Shown here one piece after another: positions 1-11,221 of a stretch of 57,337 nt of DNA. The translations under genes and the position numbers were made by a program. The notes under the pieces are model-generated. The model saw only the letters and a program-made list of their open reading frames with translations, was not told where the DNA came from and ran no database searches. The stretch's first letter is position 1. The number at the start of each line of letters is the position of its first letter. Origin of the DNA: an uncultured Clostridia bacterium (lineage in GTDB: Bacteria; Bacillota; Clostridia; TANB77; CAG-508); NCBI GenBank assembly GCA_947631745.1, contig CANRMM010000042.1:1-57337 (forward strand), in the 5' to 3' direction.

Positions 1-1763
1 AATGCCATTGAACCTGCTATTTTGAATGCCATTTCTGAAGAGTCAACTTCATGGTATGAACCATCTACTAAAGTAGCTTTGAAGTCGATTACTGGGTATC
101 CTGCAAGTACACCGCTTTCAGCTGCTTCTCTAATTCCTTCTTCAATTGGTTTAATATATTCTTTTGGAACAACACCACCAACGATTTTGCTCTCAAATTC
201 AATACCTTTTCCTGGCTCTAATGGTTCCATTTCTAACCATACGTGTCCATATTGTCCACGTCCACCTGATTGACGAATGAATTTTCCTTCTACTTTTACT
301 TTATTTCTAATTGTCTCTTTGTAAGAAACTTGTGGTTTACCTACTGTACATTCAACTTTGAATTCTCTTTTTAATCTGTCTACGATAATATCTAGGTGAA
401 GCTCACCCATTCCAGCGATAACAGTTTGACCAGTTTCTTGATTTGTATATGTTTTGAATGTAGGATCTTCTTCAGCTAATTTTGCTAAAGCAATACCCAT
501 CTTTTCACTATTTGCCTTATCTTTTGGTTCAATAGCGATATCAATAACTGGTTCTGGGAATTCCATTGATTCTAATATTACTGGATGATTTGGATCACAA
601 AGTGTATCTCCTGTTGATACTTCTTTTAATCCAACTGCTGCAGCAATATCTCCTGCATAAACTTTGTCTATATCTTGTCTATGATTTGAATGCATTAATA
701 GAATTCTTCCCATTCTATCTTTTTTGTCTTTATTTGCATTTAAAATTGTAGAACCTGCATCTAATGTTCCTGAATAAACTCTGAAGAAACAAAGTTTTCC
801 AACAAATGGGTCTGTTGCAATTTTGAATGCTAATGCAGCAAATGGTTCTTCATCAGATGTTTTTCTTTCTGTTTCTTCTCCATCCATTGTTACACCTTTA
901 ATATGAGGTATGTCTAATGGAGAAGGCATAAAGTCAACTACTGCATTTAGAAGTTCTTGAACTCCTTTATTTTTGTATGATGAACCACATACAACAGGAA
1001 CAATCTTGTTATTGATTGTACCAATTCTGATTCCTTTTTTGATTTCTTCTTCAGATAGTTCTTCACCATCTAAATATTTCATCATTAATTCATCATCTTG
1101 TTCTGCTGCAGATTCGATCATTTTTGCTCTATATTCTTCTGCTTGTGCTTTTAATTCTTCTGGAATTTCACCTTCTTCAATTACTTTTCCTAAATCATCT
1201 TTATGCACGAAAGCTTTCATTTTTATTAAATCTACAATTCCTTTGAAATTGTCTTCTGCTCCAATTGGTAATTGGATTGGAACTGCATTTGCTTGTAATC
1301 TGTTGCGTAATTGATTAACGCAAAGCATAAAGTCAGCACCTGTAATATCCATTTTATTTACATATACCATTCTTGGAACTTGATATTTATCAGCTTGTCT
1401 CCAAACTGTTTCTGTTTGTGGTTGAACTCCACCCTTAGCAGCTAAAATTGTAACAGCTCCATCAAGTACTTTTAAAGATCTTTGAACTTCTACAGTAAAA
1501 TCTACGTGTCCAGGAGTATCAATAATGTTAATTCTATTTCCTAGCCATTGGCAAGTTGTAGCTGCAGAAGTAATTGTGATACCTCTTTCTTGCTCTTGAA
1601 CCATCCAGTCCATAGTAGCTTCACCTTCGTGAACTTCTCCTATTTTATGGGTTTTACCTGTATAGAAAAGTATTCTCTCTGTTGTTGTTGTTTTTCCTGC
1701 ATCTATGTGGGCAACGATTCCTATATTTCTTGTTTTCTCTAAAGGAAACTCTCTTCCAGCCAT
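1..1763 (-). CDS. fusA: Elongation factor G (runs off the window edge)
   Basis: Manual translation from ATG 1763: [32 protein letters not shown]...DTPGHVDF...NKMD; follows rpsG; GGAGG RBS. Confidence 0.98.
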   Translation of the reverse strand, partial: MAGREFPLEKTRNIGIVAHIDAGKTTTTERILFYTGKTHKIGEVHEGEATMDWMVQEQERGITITSAATTCQWLGNRINIIDTPGHVDFTVEVQRSLKVLDGAVTILAAKGGVQPQTETVWRQADKYQVPRMVYVNKMDITGADFMLCVNQLRNRLQANAVPIQLPIGAEDNFKGIVDLIKMKAFVHKDDLGKVIEEGEIPEELKAQAEEYRAKMIESAAEQDDELMMKYLDGEELSEEEIKKGIRIGTINNKIVPVVCGSSYKNKGVQELLNAVVDFMPSPLDIPHIKGVTMDGEETERKTSDEEPFAALAFKIATDPFVGKLCFFRVYSGTLDAGSTILNANKDKKDRMGRILLMHSNHRQDIDKVYAGDIAAAVGLKEVSTGDTLCDPNHPVILESMEFPEPVIDIAIEPKDKANSEKMGIALAKLAEEDPTFKTYTNQETGQTVIAGMGELHLDIIVDRLKREFKVECTVGKPQVSYKETIRNKVKVEGKFIRQSGGRGQYGHVWLEMEPLEPGKGIEFESKIVGGVVPKEYIKPIEEGIREAAESGVLAGYPVIDFKATLVDGSYHEVDSSEMAFKIAGSMA

Positions 1764-1823
1764 TTTCTTCCTCCTACTATATATATTTCATAATATATGT
1801 CCCTTATTAGGTTCATTTGTTTT

Positions 1824-2294
1824 TTAGAATTTATAATGTGCAAAAGCACGGTTTGCTTCTGCCATTCTATGCATATCTTCTTTCTTTTTGAAAGCTCCAC
1901 CGTTTCCAGCTACTGCATCCATTATTTCAGCTGCTAATTTTTCAGCCATAGTTTTTTCATGTCTATTTCTTGCATAAGTTACAAGCCATCTTAAACCTAA
2001 AGTTTGTCTTCTTTCTGGTCTAATTTCTATTGGAACTTGGTAGGTTGCACCACCAATTCTTCTTGCTTTTACTTCAAGGACAGGCATTACATTTTCTAAT
2101 GCTGCTTCAAATACTTCTAGTGGATCTTTTTGCTCTTTTTCTTTTATGATATCGAATGCATCATAAACGATTGACTGAGCAACTGTTTTTTTACCATCTA
2201 ACATTACATTGTTAATTAATTTTGTAACAATTTTGCTATTGTATATTGGATCTGGTAAAACATCTCTTTTTGCTATATATCCTTTTCTTGGCAC
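1824..2294 (-). CDS. rpsG: 30S ribosomal protein S7
   Basis: MPRKG...[17 protein letters not shown]...[13 protein letters not shown]; str operon position. Confidence 0.99.
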   Translation of the reverse strand: MPRKGYIAKRDVLPDPIYNSKIVTKLINNVMLDGKKTVAQSIVYDAFDIIKEKEQKDPLEVFEAALENVMPVLEVKARRIGGATYQVPIEIRPERRQTLGLRWLVTYARNRHEKTMAEKLAAEIMDAVAGNGGAFKKKEDMHRMAEANRAFAHYKF

Positions 2295-2319
2295 TATTCT
2301 TCCCTCCTTATTTGTATTT

Positions 2320-2477
2320 GATACAAAATTTTTGTATCTCGGTACTCGGAAAACACTTTTTGTTTTTCCGTAAGTGCGTATAATCTATTTCAAATTTAAG
2401 TACCTTAAATTAGTAAGTAGTTATATGCACTGCTTTTAGTCGTAATATTATTTATATTACTCCCACTTTCACTAAAA
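2320..2477 (-). promoter_or_regulatory. Structured rpsL-rpsG intercistronic RNA, candidate cis-regulatory element
   Basis: Consecutive inverted repeats at 2320-2338, 2347-2370, 2373-2431 and 2434-2477; function inferred only. Confidence 0.4.
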
Positions 2478-2481
2478 ATTA

Positions 2482-2895
2482 TTATTTTTTAGGTTTCTTT
2501 GCTCCATATTTAGATCTGCCTTGCATTCTGTCTTTTACACCAGCTGTATCTAATGTTCCCCTAATGATGTGGTATCTAACACCAGGAAGGTCTTTTACTC
2601 TTCCCCCTCTTATTAGAACAACACTGTGCTCTTGTAAGTTGTGTCCTATACCAGGGATGTATGAAGTTACTTCAAATCCGTTTGAAAGTCTAACTCTGGC
2701 TACTTTTCTTAATGCAGAGTTTGGTTTCTTAGGTGTTACTGTCTTTACAACTGTACAAACACCTCTTTTTTGTGGAGATCTTTTATTTGTTACTCTCTTA
2801 TTTCTTGAGTTGTATCCATGTTGTAAAGCTGGTGCTGTAGATTTTGTTGTAGAAGTATTTCTTCCTTTTCTTACTAATTGATTAATTGTTGGCAC
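2482..2895 (-). CDS. rpsL: 30S ribosomal protein S12
   Basis: MPTINQLVR...[11 protein letters not shown]...[12 protein letters not shown]; GTG start. Confidence 0.99.
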   Translation of the reverse strand: MPTINQLVRKGRNTSTTKSTAPALQHGYNSRNKRVTNKRSPQKRGVCTVVKTVTPKKPNSALRKVARVRLSNGFEVTSYIPGIGHNLQEHSVVLIRGGRVKDLPGVRYHIIRGTLDTAGVKDRMQGRSKYGAKKPKK

Positions 2896-2970
2896 TTAAA
2901 TTTCACCTCCTATAAAAATAAAATAAACGTTATAAAAATGCACATTTATGCATTTTATATAACGTTTGAT

Positions 2971-2999
2971 ATTTTATCATATATAAGTGTATTTGTCAA
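2971..2999 (-). promoter_or_regulatory. sigmaA-type promoter of the str operon
   Basis: TTGACA-17 bp-TAAAAT with extended TG. Confidence 0.75.
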
Positions 3000-3017
3000 T
3001 CTTTTATTGGCTTATTT

Positions 3018-4349
3018 TTATCTTGAGCCATCATCTTGTCTTTCAGAATTTTGTCTTGCTGTTTTTCTTGAATTTTGAGCAACTGTTTTGATTTCTTCTT
3101 CTTTGTTGTCTATATAGTCTTTTACAATATCATATTTATATGCGTTTCTAAATTCTTGTGCTCTTGCTGGTTTTTCTCTTTTAACTGGTTCTTGATTCTT
3201 CTCTGGTTCTGGCTTTGGTTCTGGCTCCGGTTCTGGTTCTGGTTCTGGCTCTTCGTAATAATATACTGACCTTTCCCATGCATTTTTTACCCATCTTTTA
3301 AATCTTGCCCATAGTCCAAGTTTGGCAGGGACAGTTGGTTGTGATGCTTTTGGTTGTGGGGTAGATGGTTGTTTTGGTTGTTGTTGTGATTGTTGTGCTG
3401 ATTTTTCTGTTGTTTCAAGTGTATGTCCTGTTACTGCTTTATATTCTTCTTTCATATGTTGCATATGTTTTTCTTGTCCTTCAATTGCTTTGTCTAAATT
3501 AGTAGTTTTTAAGCCCATTATCATTTCACGTTTTTCTTTTGAAAAATCTGGATATTGTCTATTCAAGAAAGTATCTAATGTACTAATTGTTTGTGCAAAT
3601 TTACCTTCTGTATCCTTTAATTGTTGTTTTTTAGCATCTAATTCTGCTTTTTGTGCAGGAGTTCTGCTAGCTTCTGGAATTTTTTCTAAGTTTTCTATAT
3701 CTTGTTTTAAGTTTTTAATATTTTTCTCTCTATCTGGAGATGTATCTCCTTGTATCTCATGTAATTTTTGTTCATTTTCTTTTAATTCCTTTATCTGTTC
3801 TGGAGTTCTTTTAGTATCTGGAATTGCTTTTATTTTTTCTATTTTAGATTGTAATGAATCAACTTGTCTATTCATTTTTACAATTGAATTTACTGTTCCT
3901 TGAATATTTGGGTGTTCTTTTAATATTTCTTTTAAATCTGTATATGCTTCTATCACTTTTTGTGATTGCTTAGCAGATTTTTCGTATCTTCTTCCTAATA
4001 CATCATTTAGATATTCTTTCATTCCAGGCATACGTTCTAATTCTGCCATTCTATTATTTACTTTTTTCTCTGCGTCTTTTAGTTTTTCCAAATGTTCTTC
4101 TAATTCTTCTTTTGCCTTTTTTTCAGCATCTTTTTGTGCTTTTAAATCTGATTCACTATGAGTCTTTGGTCTTCCATTTTTCTCATCACTTTCGTTTTGT
4201 GCAATCATGAGTTTGTAATCTGCCAAAATTCTATCTAATTCTTTCTCTTTTGATTTGTCTGCTAATAATGTTTCATAATTTTTTTTAGCCTTACTATATT
4301 CTTTGTTTAACTTCTCCATTTGTTTGTTTATATCTGATTGATCTGCCAT
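3018..4349 (-). CDS. Hypothetical coiled-coil protein with Q/P-rich linker and (EP)n tract
   Basis: Long K/E/Q-rich ORF; probable start MADQSD at 4349 behind GAGGGA (ORF track starts at 4385). Confidence 0.75.
   Translation of the reverse strand: MADQSDINKQMEKLNKEYSKAKKNYETLLADKSKEKELDRILADYKLMIAQNESDEKNGRPKTHSESDLKAQKDAEKKAKEELEEHLEKLKDAEKKVNNRMAELERMPGMKEYLNDVLGRRYEKSAKQSQKVIEAYTDLKEILKEHPNIQGTVNSIVKMNRQVDSLQSKIEKIKAIPDTKRTPEQIKELKENEQKLHEIQGDTSPDREKNIKNLKQDIENLEKIPEASRTPAQKAELDAKKQQLKDTEGKFAQTISTLDTFLNRQYPDFSKEKREMIMGLKTTNLDKAIEGQEKHMQHMKEEYKAVTGHTLETTEKSAQQSQQQPKQPSTPQPKASQPTVPAKLGLWARFKRWVKNAWERSVYYYEEPEPEPEPEPEPKPEPEKNQEPVKREKPARAQEFRNAYKYDIVKDYIDNKEEEIKTVAQNSRKTARQNSERQDDGSR
3201..3255 (-). 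repeat. In-frame 6-bp tandem repeat encoding EPEPEPEPEPKPEPE
   Basis: Degenerate ggttct hexamer run on the + strand. Confidence 0.85.
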
Positions 4350-4377
4350 ATTTTCATCCCTCTCTTCTTTTATTTTT

Positions 4378-4533
4378 TTATTCATCCATTATGTCATTAT
4401 TATATGCTTCATAATTTTCTAAGTAGTCATTAATTTCATCAATTCTCTCTTCTAATCTTACCTTTAAATCTACTAAGTCTTCAACCGTCATTTCTTGTAA
4501 ATCGTCTATATTTTCGTTTTCAAACTCTTCCAT
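4378..4533 (-). CDS. Small acidic hypothetical protein (51 aa)
   Basis: AAGGAG RBS before ATG 4533 (MEEFENENIDDL...); lies downstream of a consensus promoter. Confidence 0.7.
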   Translation of the reverse strand: MEEFENENIDDLQEMTVEDLVDLKVRLEERIDEINDYLENYEAYNNDIMDE

Positions 4534-4587
4534 AATTCTAAAATCTCCTTTCTCTCTTTCGTTCGTTTTACATAACACCTATGTTTT

Positions 4588-4616
4588 ATTATACCTTAAT
4601 TTACACTTTTTGTCAA
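4588..4616 (-). promoter_or_regulatory. Consensus sigmaA promoter
   Basis: Perfect TTGACA-17 bp-TATAAT. Confidence 0.8.
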
Positions 4617-4633
4617 TATTTCTTGTTTTTTAG

Positions 4634-6031
4634 CTATACAAGCCCTAATTTATACAGTGCTCTTTCTGATAATTTTTCATATCTTTGTTTTTTGTCCTTT
4701 ATTTTTTCGGGTAATTCTGGCAAAATTCCAAAGTTTGCATTCATTGGTTGAAAGTTTTCATTTTGCGTTGAAATATATTTTGCTAATGCTCCAATCATCG
4801 TTTCTTCTGAAAAAACAATTTTATTTTTCTGATTTTCTTCATTTACATTGAAATATGTTTGAAATTGTTTAATTGCATTTAATGAAGCCACCATTCCTGA
4901 GCTAATAGATTCTACATACCCTTCTACTCCAGTTATCTGTCCTGCAAAATAGACATTGGAGTTGTTTTTTAATTGATAGGTTTCATCTAATAGCTCTGGT
5001 GAATTAATAAATGTATTTCTATGCATAACACCATATTTTATAAATTCTGCATTTTGTAATCCTGGTATCATTTGAAATACTCTTTTTTGTTCGCCATATT
5101 TTAGGTTTGTTTGGAAACCTACCATGTTATACATCGTTCCTTCACAATTATCTTGTCTTAATTGAACAACTGCATATGGTATTTTCCCTGTTCTTAAATC
5201 TGTAAATCCTACTGGTTTTAATGGTCCAAATCTTAATGTGTCTTTTCCTCTTTTGGCCATCACTTCAATTGGCATACATCCCTCAAAAATTTCTCTTTTT
5301 TCAAACTCATGTAGTTCTACTACTTCTGCTTTAACTAGTCCATCATAAAATTTTTCATATTCTTCTTGATTCATTGGTAGGTTGATATAGCTTGCTTCTT
5401 TATTTTTAATTCTGTTTTGCCATTCTTCTATGCTTTCTTCTTTTCCTCTTTCTTGTTCATAACGATTTCCTTCAAAAGCAATTTGCATATTAATACTTTC
5501 TTTCTCAATTATTGGTGCTGCCGCATCATAGAAATGCAATTTGTCTTGTTTAATCACATTTGATATTTCTTGTGATAAAGCATCAGAAGTAAGTGGTCCA
5601 GTTGCAATAATTGTAATGCTATCTTTTATTATGTCTTGTAAGCTTATATTATCTCCAGTTTTTCCTACTTCTTGATGTATGATTTCCACATTTTTCATGC
5701 TTTTTAGTGTATTTGTAATTTCTTCTGAAAATTTTTTTCTGTCTACTGCTAATGCTTGTCCTGCTGGAACAGATACTTTATCTGCTGTTTTGATTAGTAA
5801 AGAATCCAATCTTCTAAGTTCTTCTTTTAATAATCCACAAGCATTTGTTATTAAATTCGATTTAAAAGAATTACTACATACAATTTCGGCTAAATTTTTA
5901 TTGCTATGAGCTGGTGAAAATTTTAGTGGTTTCATTTCATATAGTTTTACTTTAATTCCTCTTTTTGCAATCTGGTATGTTGCTTCTGAGCCTGCAAGTC
6001 CTCCTCCAATAACTGTTATATAATCTTTCAT
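4634..6031 (-). CDS. trmFO: FAD/folate-dependent tRNA m5U54 methyltransferase TrmFO (Gid)
   Basis: GGGLAGSEA, AEIVCSNSF, YGVMHRNTF, AGQITGVEGY, FQPMNANFG motifs. Confidence 0.97.
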   Translation of the reverse strand: MKDYITVIGGGLAGSEATYQIAKRGIKVKLYEMKPLKFSPAHSNKNLAEIVCSNSFKSNLITNACGLLKEELRRLDSLLIKTADKVSVPAGQALAVDRKKFSEEITNTLKSMKNVEIIHQEVGKTGDNISLQDIIKDSITIIATGPLTSDALSQEISNVIKQDKLHFYDAAAPIIEKESINMQIAFEGNRYEQERGKEESIEEWQNRIKNKEASYINLPMNQEEYEKFYDGLVKAEVVELHEFEKREIFEGCMPIEVMAKRGKDTLRFGPLKPVGFTDLRTGKIPYAVVQLRQDNCEGTMYNMVGFQTNLKYGEQKRVFQMIPGLQNAEFIKYGVMHRNTFINSPELLDETYQLKNNSNVYFAGQITGVEGYVESISSGMVASLNAIKQFQTYFNVNEENQKNKIVFSEETMIGALAKYISTQNENFQPMNANFGILPELPEKIKDKKQRYEKLSERALYKLGLV

Positions 6032-6043
6032 TTATTTCTCCTT

Positions 6044-9007
6044 TTATTCGAAAAGTGACATTATATCTTCTTTTGACAATTTATTAATAAACGTAGTTTC
6101 TGTTGAAAGTAAATTTTCTGCCAATTGTGCCTTTTTTTGTTGTAAATCATATATTTTTTCTTCAATTGAATTTTTGGTAATTAATTTATATACTTGAACA
6201 TTCTTTTTTTGTCCTATTCTATATGTTCTATCTGTTGCTTGATTTTCTGTTGATATATTCCACCATGGATCATAATGAATTACCATGTCTGCTCCTATTA
6301 AATTTAAACCTGTTCCTCCAGCTTTCAATGATATTAAAAATACTTTTATATCTGTATTTTCATTAAATTCATCTACTAATTTAATTCTATCGCCAACTTT
6401 TGTTTGACCAGTTAACTTAAAATATTTAATTTTCTCTTCTTTTAATTTTTCTTCTATAATGTCAAACATACTAGTATAACCTGAAAATAGTAATATTTTA
6501 TGTCCTGCTGATACCGCATCTTTTATTACTTCTGCACATTGGTTTAGTTTGCTACTTTCTCCTTTATAATTATCAATAAATAATGATGGATGGCAGCAAA
6601 TTTGTCTTAATCTCATTAGTAATGCCAATATCTTTATTTGACTTTTCTCCAAACCGTTTTCATTAATTTCTTTTATGGCTTCTTTTCTTGCATTTGCTAC
6701 ATAAGACATATATATTTTTAATTGTTCTTCTTGCATTTCGTTATTTAGAATTGTAATTGTTTTGTCTGGAAGTTCTGTTAAAACTTCTTTTTTTATTCTT
6801 CTTAAGATAAATGGCTCTATTAGCATTTTCAGTCTTTTCATTGTGTTTTCATCATTGTCTCGTATAATTGGTATTTCATATAGCTCTTTAAATTTTTTAT
6901 ATCCAAATAAATAATCTGGCATTATAAAGTCAAAAATAGACCATAATTCTGATAAAGAATTTTCAATAGGAGTTCCTGTTAATGCATATCTTGTCTCTGC
7001 TTGAATTGATTTAATTGCCTTTGAGTTTTGTGTATTATTGTTTTTTATATATTGTGCTTCATCTGCAATAATATATTTGAATTCATAATTTAATTCTTTA
7101 TATAACTCAATGTCTCTTTTTAATAAATCATACGAAGTTATGACTATATCGTATCCATTGATTTTCTTTATTTGTTTTGCTCGTTCTTCTGCATTTCCTC
7201 TAATAACCAAGCTATTTAGTGTTGGTGCAAATTTTTTAATTTCACTATCCCAATTTAGTGAAAGTGAACTTGGGCATACTACGATACTTGTTTTAGGATT
7301 TTTTTGACGATTTACATAGTCCAATATTACAACAATCATTTGTAATGTTTTTCCTAATCCCATGTCATCTGCTAATATTCCGCCTAGATGATAAGAGTCT
7401 AGTACATTTAGCCATTGAAATCCTATTTTTTGGTAATTTCTTAATTCTGCATTTAAATTTTCTGGTACTCTTATTTCTTCATTTAATTCTTTTTTATCAA
7501 CACTATTTACGAATTCCTTAAATTCGTTTGTTTTAGTTATATTCGTTCCTTTTATGTCTTTCAGTAATCTGTCTAAATACATGCCTCGATAAATTGGAAT
7601 TTTAATTTCTCCTTTTTCAATTTGACGATAGTCTATGTCTAGCTCATCTGTAATATTACTTATAAAACTCATTGTTTCATTATTTTCTAATTGTAAAAAG
7701 CTACCGTCTTTCAAGCGATGATATTTTTTCTTTAGTCTGTATTTTTGCATAATTGTTCTTAATTCTTCAATATCAAAGTCTACATTTGAAAAATCAATTT
7801 TTAAGAAATTGTCTTCTATTTTAATTCCTAAATTTCCTATCTTAGGTTCTCTTATTTCTTTTTGTTTAAATCTTTCAGTTGCTAACACTTCAAACTTTTG
7901 CATATATATATCAATTTCTGTTGATAAAAACTGATATATTTTTTCCTCTTCTGCCAACACTAATCGTGCCTTTTCTTTATCTAACATGAAACCTGTATGT
8001 ATAAAAATATCTAAAACTTCATTTTCTTTTGAAATGTCTCTTGCTAATTCTTCTTTTTGCTCTATCAATGGATTAAATTCTTTTTCTCCATATACAAATT
8101 TAATATCTGCTATAATAAAATTTTTTTCATTGGTGTCTAAATATACTTTTACAAATAATTCTTCTGGAATGTATTGATTAATTATATTGGGTTCTAGCTT
8201 GCTTAGGTCTACTTCTTCTTTAATGTTTGGAAATACTAAAGAGCAAAAATTTGATAGTTCATCACTTTTAAATCTAATTTCTTGTGTATAGTTACTTCTA
8301 AAAATTTGTAATAATTTTAAAACTGTTTCATCGAAATTTTTATTACATTGATATAATTTATCTTCTGTCAAAAAATAAATATATTCTTTACCTTCTAATA
8401 TGTCATAGGAGAATACATCTATATTGGTTTTTATTACATAGTCTTCTCTTTCTTCATCATATTCTACTTGAAATTTTATATCCGGTTTTTGGCAAAGAAA
8501 TTCTATTGTTTTTTCTGTATAGTCTTTTTTAAATGCTATTTTTCTCTCTTTTAATACTTCAAATAGCTCATCTAGTCCAGTGTTTGAAATTGTAATATAT
8601 TCATCACTGATTGCTTTTATATATCTTCCATAACTTCCAGCAACCTCATTTGCATATTTAATAATCTCTGCATATTTTAGGATATAATTAAGAAGCTTCT
8701 CGTCTTTTTTGGCGAAAGCTTCTTCTGTGTGGATGAATTCTAATTTTGTTCCATATTTATATAATTCCTTTTTTAACATCCTATCATAAAATTCGGTTAA
8801 ACTTTTAATACGGTAGAATTGTTTATCACCTATTTTTAATTCTAATTTTAGGCTTTTTTTGAAAGAATCATATATTAATTTGGGTTCAAATCCAATATTC
8901 TTTTCTAATATTTCTTTTTGAATTGCTTCTTCTTTTTTATAGTTGTTTTGATAAAATGTGTGAATGACTTGTTTAAATATTTTATATTGTTCATCATTCT
9001 GTCCCAT
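6044..9007 (-). CDS. SNF2-family helicase with SNF2-associated N-terminal domain
   Basis: GILADDMGLGKT, DEAQ, LTGTPIEN, SLKAGGTGLNL, QATDRTYRIGQ. Confidence 0.93.
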   Translation of the reverse strand: MGQNDEQYKIFKQVIHTFYQNNYKKEEAIQKEILEKNIGFEPKLIYDSFKKSLKLELKIGDKQFYRIKSLTEFYDRMLKKELYKYGTKLEFIHTEEAFAKKDEKLLNYILKYAEIIKYANEVAGSYGRYIKAISDEYITISNTGLDELFEVLKERKIAFKKDYTEKTIEFLCQKPDIKFQVEYDEEREDYVIKTNIDVFSYDILEGKEYIYFLTEDKLYQCNKNFDETVLKLLQIFRSNYTQEIRFKSDELSNFCSLVFPNIKEEVDLSKLEPNIINQYIPEELFVKVYLDTNEKNFIIADIKFVYGEKEFNPLIEQKEELARDISKENEVLDIFIHTGFMLDKEKARLVLAEEEKIYQFLSTEIDIYMQKFEVLATERFKQKEIREPKIGNLGIKIEDNFLKIDFSNVDFDIEELRTIMQKYRLKKKYHRLKDGSFLQLENNETMSFISNITDELDIDYRQIEKGEIKIPIYRGMYLDRLLKDIKGTNITKTNEFKEFVNSVDKKELNEEIRVPENLNAELRNYQKIGFQWLNVLDSYHLGGILADDMGLGKTLQMIVVILDYVNRQKNPKTSIVVCPSSLSLNWDSEIKKFAPTLNSLVIRGNAEERAKQIKKINGYDIVITSYDLLKRDIELYKELNYEFKYIIADEAQYIKNNNTQNSKAIKSIQAETRYALTGTPIENSLSELWSIFDFIMPDYLFGYKKFKELYEIPIIRDNDENTMKRLKMLIEPFILRRIKKEVLTELPDKTITILNNEMQEEQLKIYMSYVANARKEAIKEINENGLEKSQIKILALLMRLRQICCHPSLFIDNYKGESSKLNQCAEVIKDAVSAGHKILLFSGYTSMFDIIEEKLKEEKIKYFKLTGQTKVGDRIKLVDEFNENTDIKVFLISLKAGGTGLNLIGADMVIHYDPWWNISTENQATDRTYRIGQKKNVQVYKLITKNSIEEKIYDLQQKKAQLAENLLSTETTFINKLSKEDIMSLFE

Positions 9008-9089
9008 GTTATTATCCCCCCACTAATTACTAGTGAGATATTTTATCATAATATTATGTTTTTTTCAACTATAACTAATCTTTCTTTAA

Positions 9090-11069
9090 CTAATTTTTTG
9101 CTGGCGTATTCCATGAAATATAATCACATTTTTCCGGATTATTTTCACAAATATAAAATTTTCTACCTTTCTTTGACTTACGTATCTGAATCTTTCCTCC
9201 ACATTTTGGACATGGTATGTCAATTGTTTCTACTATTGTTTTTGTATTTTTACATTCTGGATATCCTGGGCATGCTAAAAATTTTCCATATCTACTATAT
9301 TTTATAACCATCATTCTTCCACATTTGTCACAAGGTACATCTGAAACTTCTTCTACTAATTCTACATGTTCTAATTCTTTTTCTACTTTTTCTACTTGTT
9401 TTTGGAATGGTCCATAAAATTCTCTTATAATGCTTTTCCAATTTTCTTTTCCCTCTGCTACACTATCAAAATTTTCTTCAATTTTAGCAGTAAATTCCAC
9501 ATTGATAATGTCTGAGAAATTTTCTGTTAATAGTTTGTTTACTATTTTTCCTAATTCTGTTGGTACTAGTTGTTTTTGCTCTTTTTCTATATATCTTCTT
9601 TCTAAAATTGTTGTTATTGTTGGTGAATATGTACTTGGACGCCCTATTCCCTTTTCTTCTAATGCTTTTACTAAGCTAGCTTCTGTATAACGTGGTGGTG
9701 GTTCTGTAAAGCTTTGTTTTGTTTCTATTTTTTGTTTTATTACTTCTTGATTAATTATTAAATCTGGTATTGAAGTATTTTCTTCCTCTTCTTGTTTATC
9801 ATCTGTAGTTTCTACGTACAAGGTCATAAATCCTTTAAATTTTAATGTTTGACCGCTTGCCTTAAAGTTATATTGATTAACATCTATGTTTGCTGAAATT
9901 GTATCATAGATTGCTGTTGCCATTTGGCTTGCTAAAAATCGGTTATAAATTAAACGATATAGTTTATATTGATCTGTTGTTAAGTATTCTTTTATTTTTT
10001 CTGGTTCTAAGTCAACATAAGTTGGTCTAATGCCTTCGTGAGCATCTTGCGAATTTTCTTTTGTTTTATAATATCTATTTTCATAATATTGTTCACCATA
10101 TGCATTTGTAATTTGTTTTTTAGCTGCTGACCTTGCTTCTTCTGAAATTCTTGTTGAGTCTGTTCTCATGTAAGTAATAAGTCCTACAGTTCCTTTTTCT
10201 CCTACATGTACTCCTTCATATAATCCTTGTGCTACTGACATGGTTTTCTTTAATGTAAATCCTAGTTTTCGAGAAGCTTCTTGTTGCATTGTACTCGTTG
10301 TAAAAGGAGGTGCTGGTGTCCTTTTCTTTTCTCCTTTTTTGATGTCTGTTACTATAAATTTGTTTTTACCAATATTTTTTAAAATTTCATCTACTTGTTC
10401 TTTTGTATGAATTTCTACTTTTTTTCCATCTTTTCCATAAAATTTTGCACTAAATGTCTTATTTGAATTTTCATCTAATAGTGTTGCAAATATGTTCCAA
10501 TATTCTTCTGGAATAAATTTCTCTATTTCTTCTTCTCTATCTACTATTAATTTTACAGCAACTGATTGCACTCTTCCTGCTGATAAGCCTCTTCTTACTT
10601 TTTTCCATAGAAGTGGGCTCATTTTATATCCCACTATTCTATCTAATACTCTTCTTGCCTGTTGTGCATCTGTTAAATTCATATCTATTTTTCTTGGTTT
10701 TTTTATAGATTCTTTTACTGTTTCTTTTGTAATTTCATTAAATGTTACTCTACATACACTATCTTCTGGTATGTCTAATATATGTGCTAAATGCCATGCA
10801 ATTGCTTCTCCTTCACGGTCAGGGTCAGTTGCAAGATATACTTTTTTTGCGTTTTTTGCTTCTTTTTTTAAGCTTTTTATTAAGTCTCCCTTTCCTCTAA
10901 TGTTAATATATTCTGGTTCAAAATCATGTTCTACGTCAACACCTAGTTTCGATTTTGGTAAATCTCTAATATGCCCCATAGAAGCAACTACTTTTGTACT
11001 TCCTCCTAGAAACTTTTTAATGGTATTTGCTTTTGCTGGGGATTCTACAATGATTAATTTATCTGCCAT
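9090..11069 (-). CDS. topA: DNA topoisomerase I
   Basis: IVESPAKA, ATDPDREGEAI, SAGRVQS, LITYMRTDS (catalytic Tyr), C-terminal Zn ribbons. Confidence 0.98.
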   Translation of the reverse strand: MADKLIIVESPAKANTIKKFLGGSTKVVASMGHIRDLPKSKLGVDVEHDFEPEYINIRGKGDLIKSLKKEAKNAKKVYLATDPDREGEAIAWHLAHILDIPEDSVCRVTFNEITKETVKESIKKPRKIDMNLTDAQQARRVLDRIVGYKMSPLLWKKVRRGLSAGRVQSVAVKLIVDREEEIEKFIPEEYWNIFATLLDENSNKTFSAKFYGKDGKKVEIHTKEQVDEILKNIGKNKFIVTDIKKGEKKRTPAPPFTTSTMQQEASRKLGFTLKKTMSVAQGLYEGVHVGEKGTVGLITYMRTDSTRISEEARSAAKKQITNAYGEQYYENRYYKTKENSQDAHEGIRPTYVDLEPEKIKEYLTTDQYKLYRLIYNRFLASQMATAIYDTISANIDVNQYNFKASGQTLKFKGFMTLYVETTDDKQEEEENTSIPDLIINQEVIKQKIETKQSFTEPPPRYTEASLVKALEEKGIGRPSTYSPTITTILERRYIEKEQKQLVPTELGKIVNKLLTENFSDIINVEFTAKIEENFDSVAEGKENWKSIIREFYGPFQKQVEKVEKELEHVELVEEVSDVPCDKCGRMMVIKYSRYGKFLACPGYPECKNTKTIVETIDIPCPKCGGKIQIRKSKKGRKFYICENNPEKCDYISWNTPAKN

Positions 11070-11100
11070 ATTTCCTCCTTTTTCTAAAAAGCTATATAGT

Positions 11101-11129
11101 ATAATAGACTATATTTTATTTTTTTGCAA
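11101..11129 (-). promoter_or_regulatory. Putative sigmaA promoter of topA
   Basis: TTGCAA-17 bp-TATTAT. Confidence 0.5.
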
Positions 11130-11221
11130 GGGTTTCCTCTTAAATTTGTAATTAATATTTGATAATGCCACAATAAATTTTCTAAAACTTGTGTTTTAAA
11201 AAATCAGCTTAAGGTTATTCC

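Noticed and set aside
8780-10143. AGG as a general frameshift or avoided codon
   Set aside because: AGG occurs in frame in intact genes (SNF2 FYDRML, topA EARSA), so only CGG is flagged.
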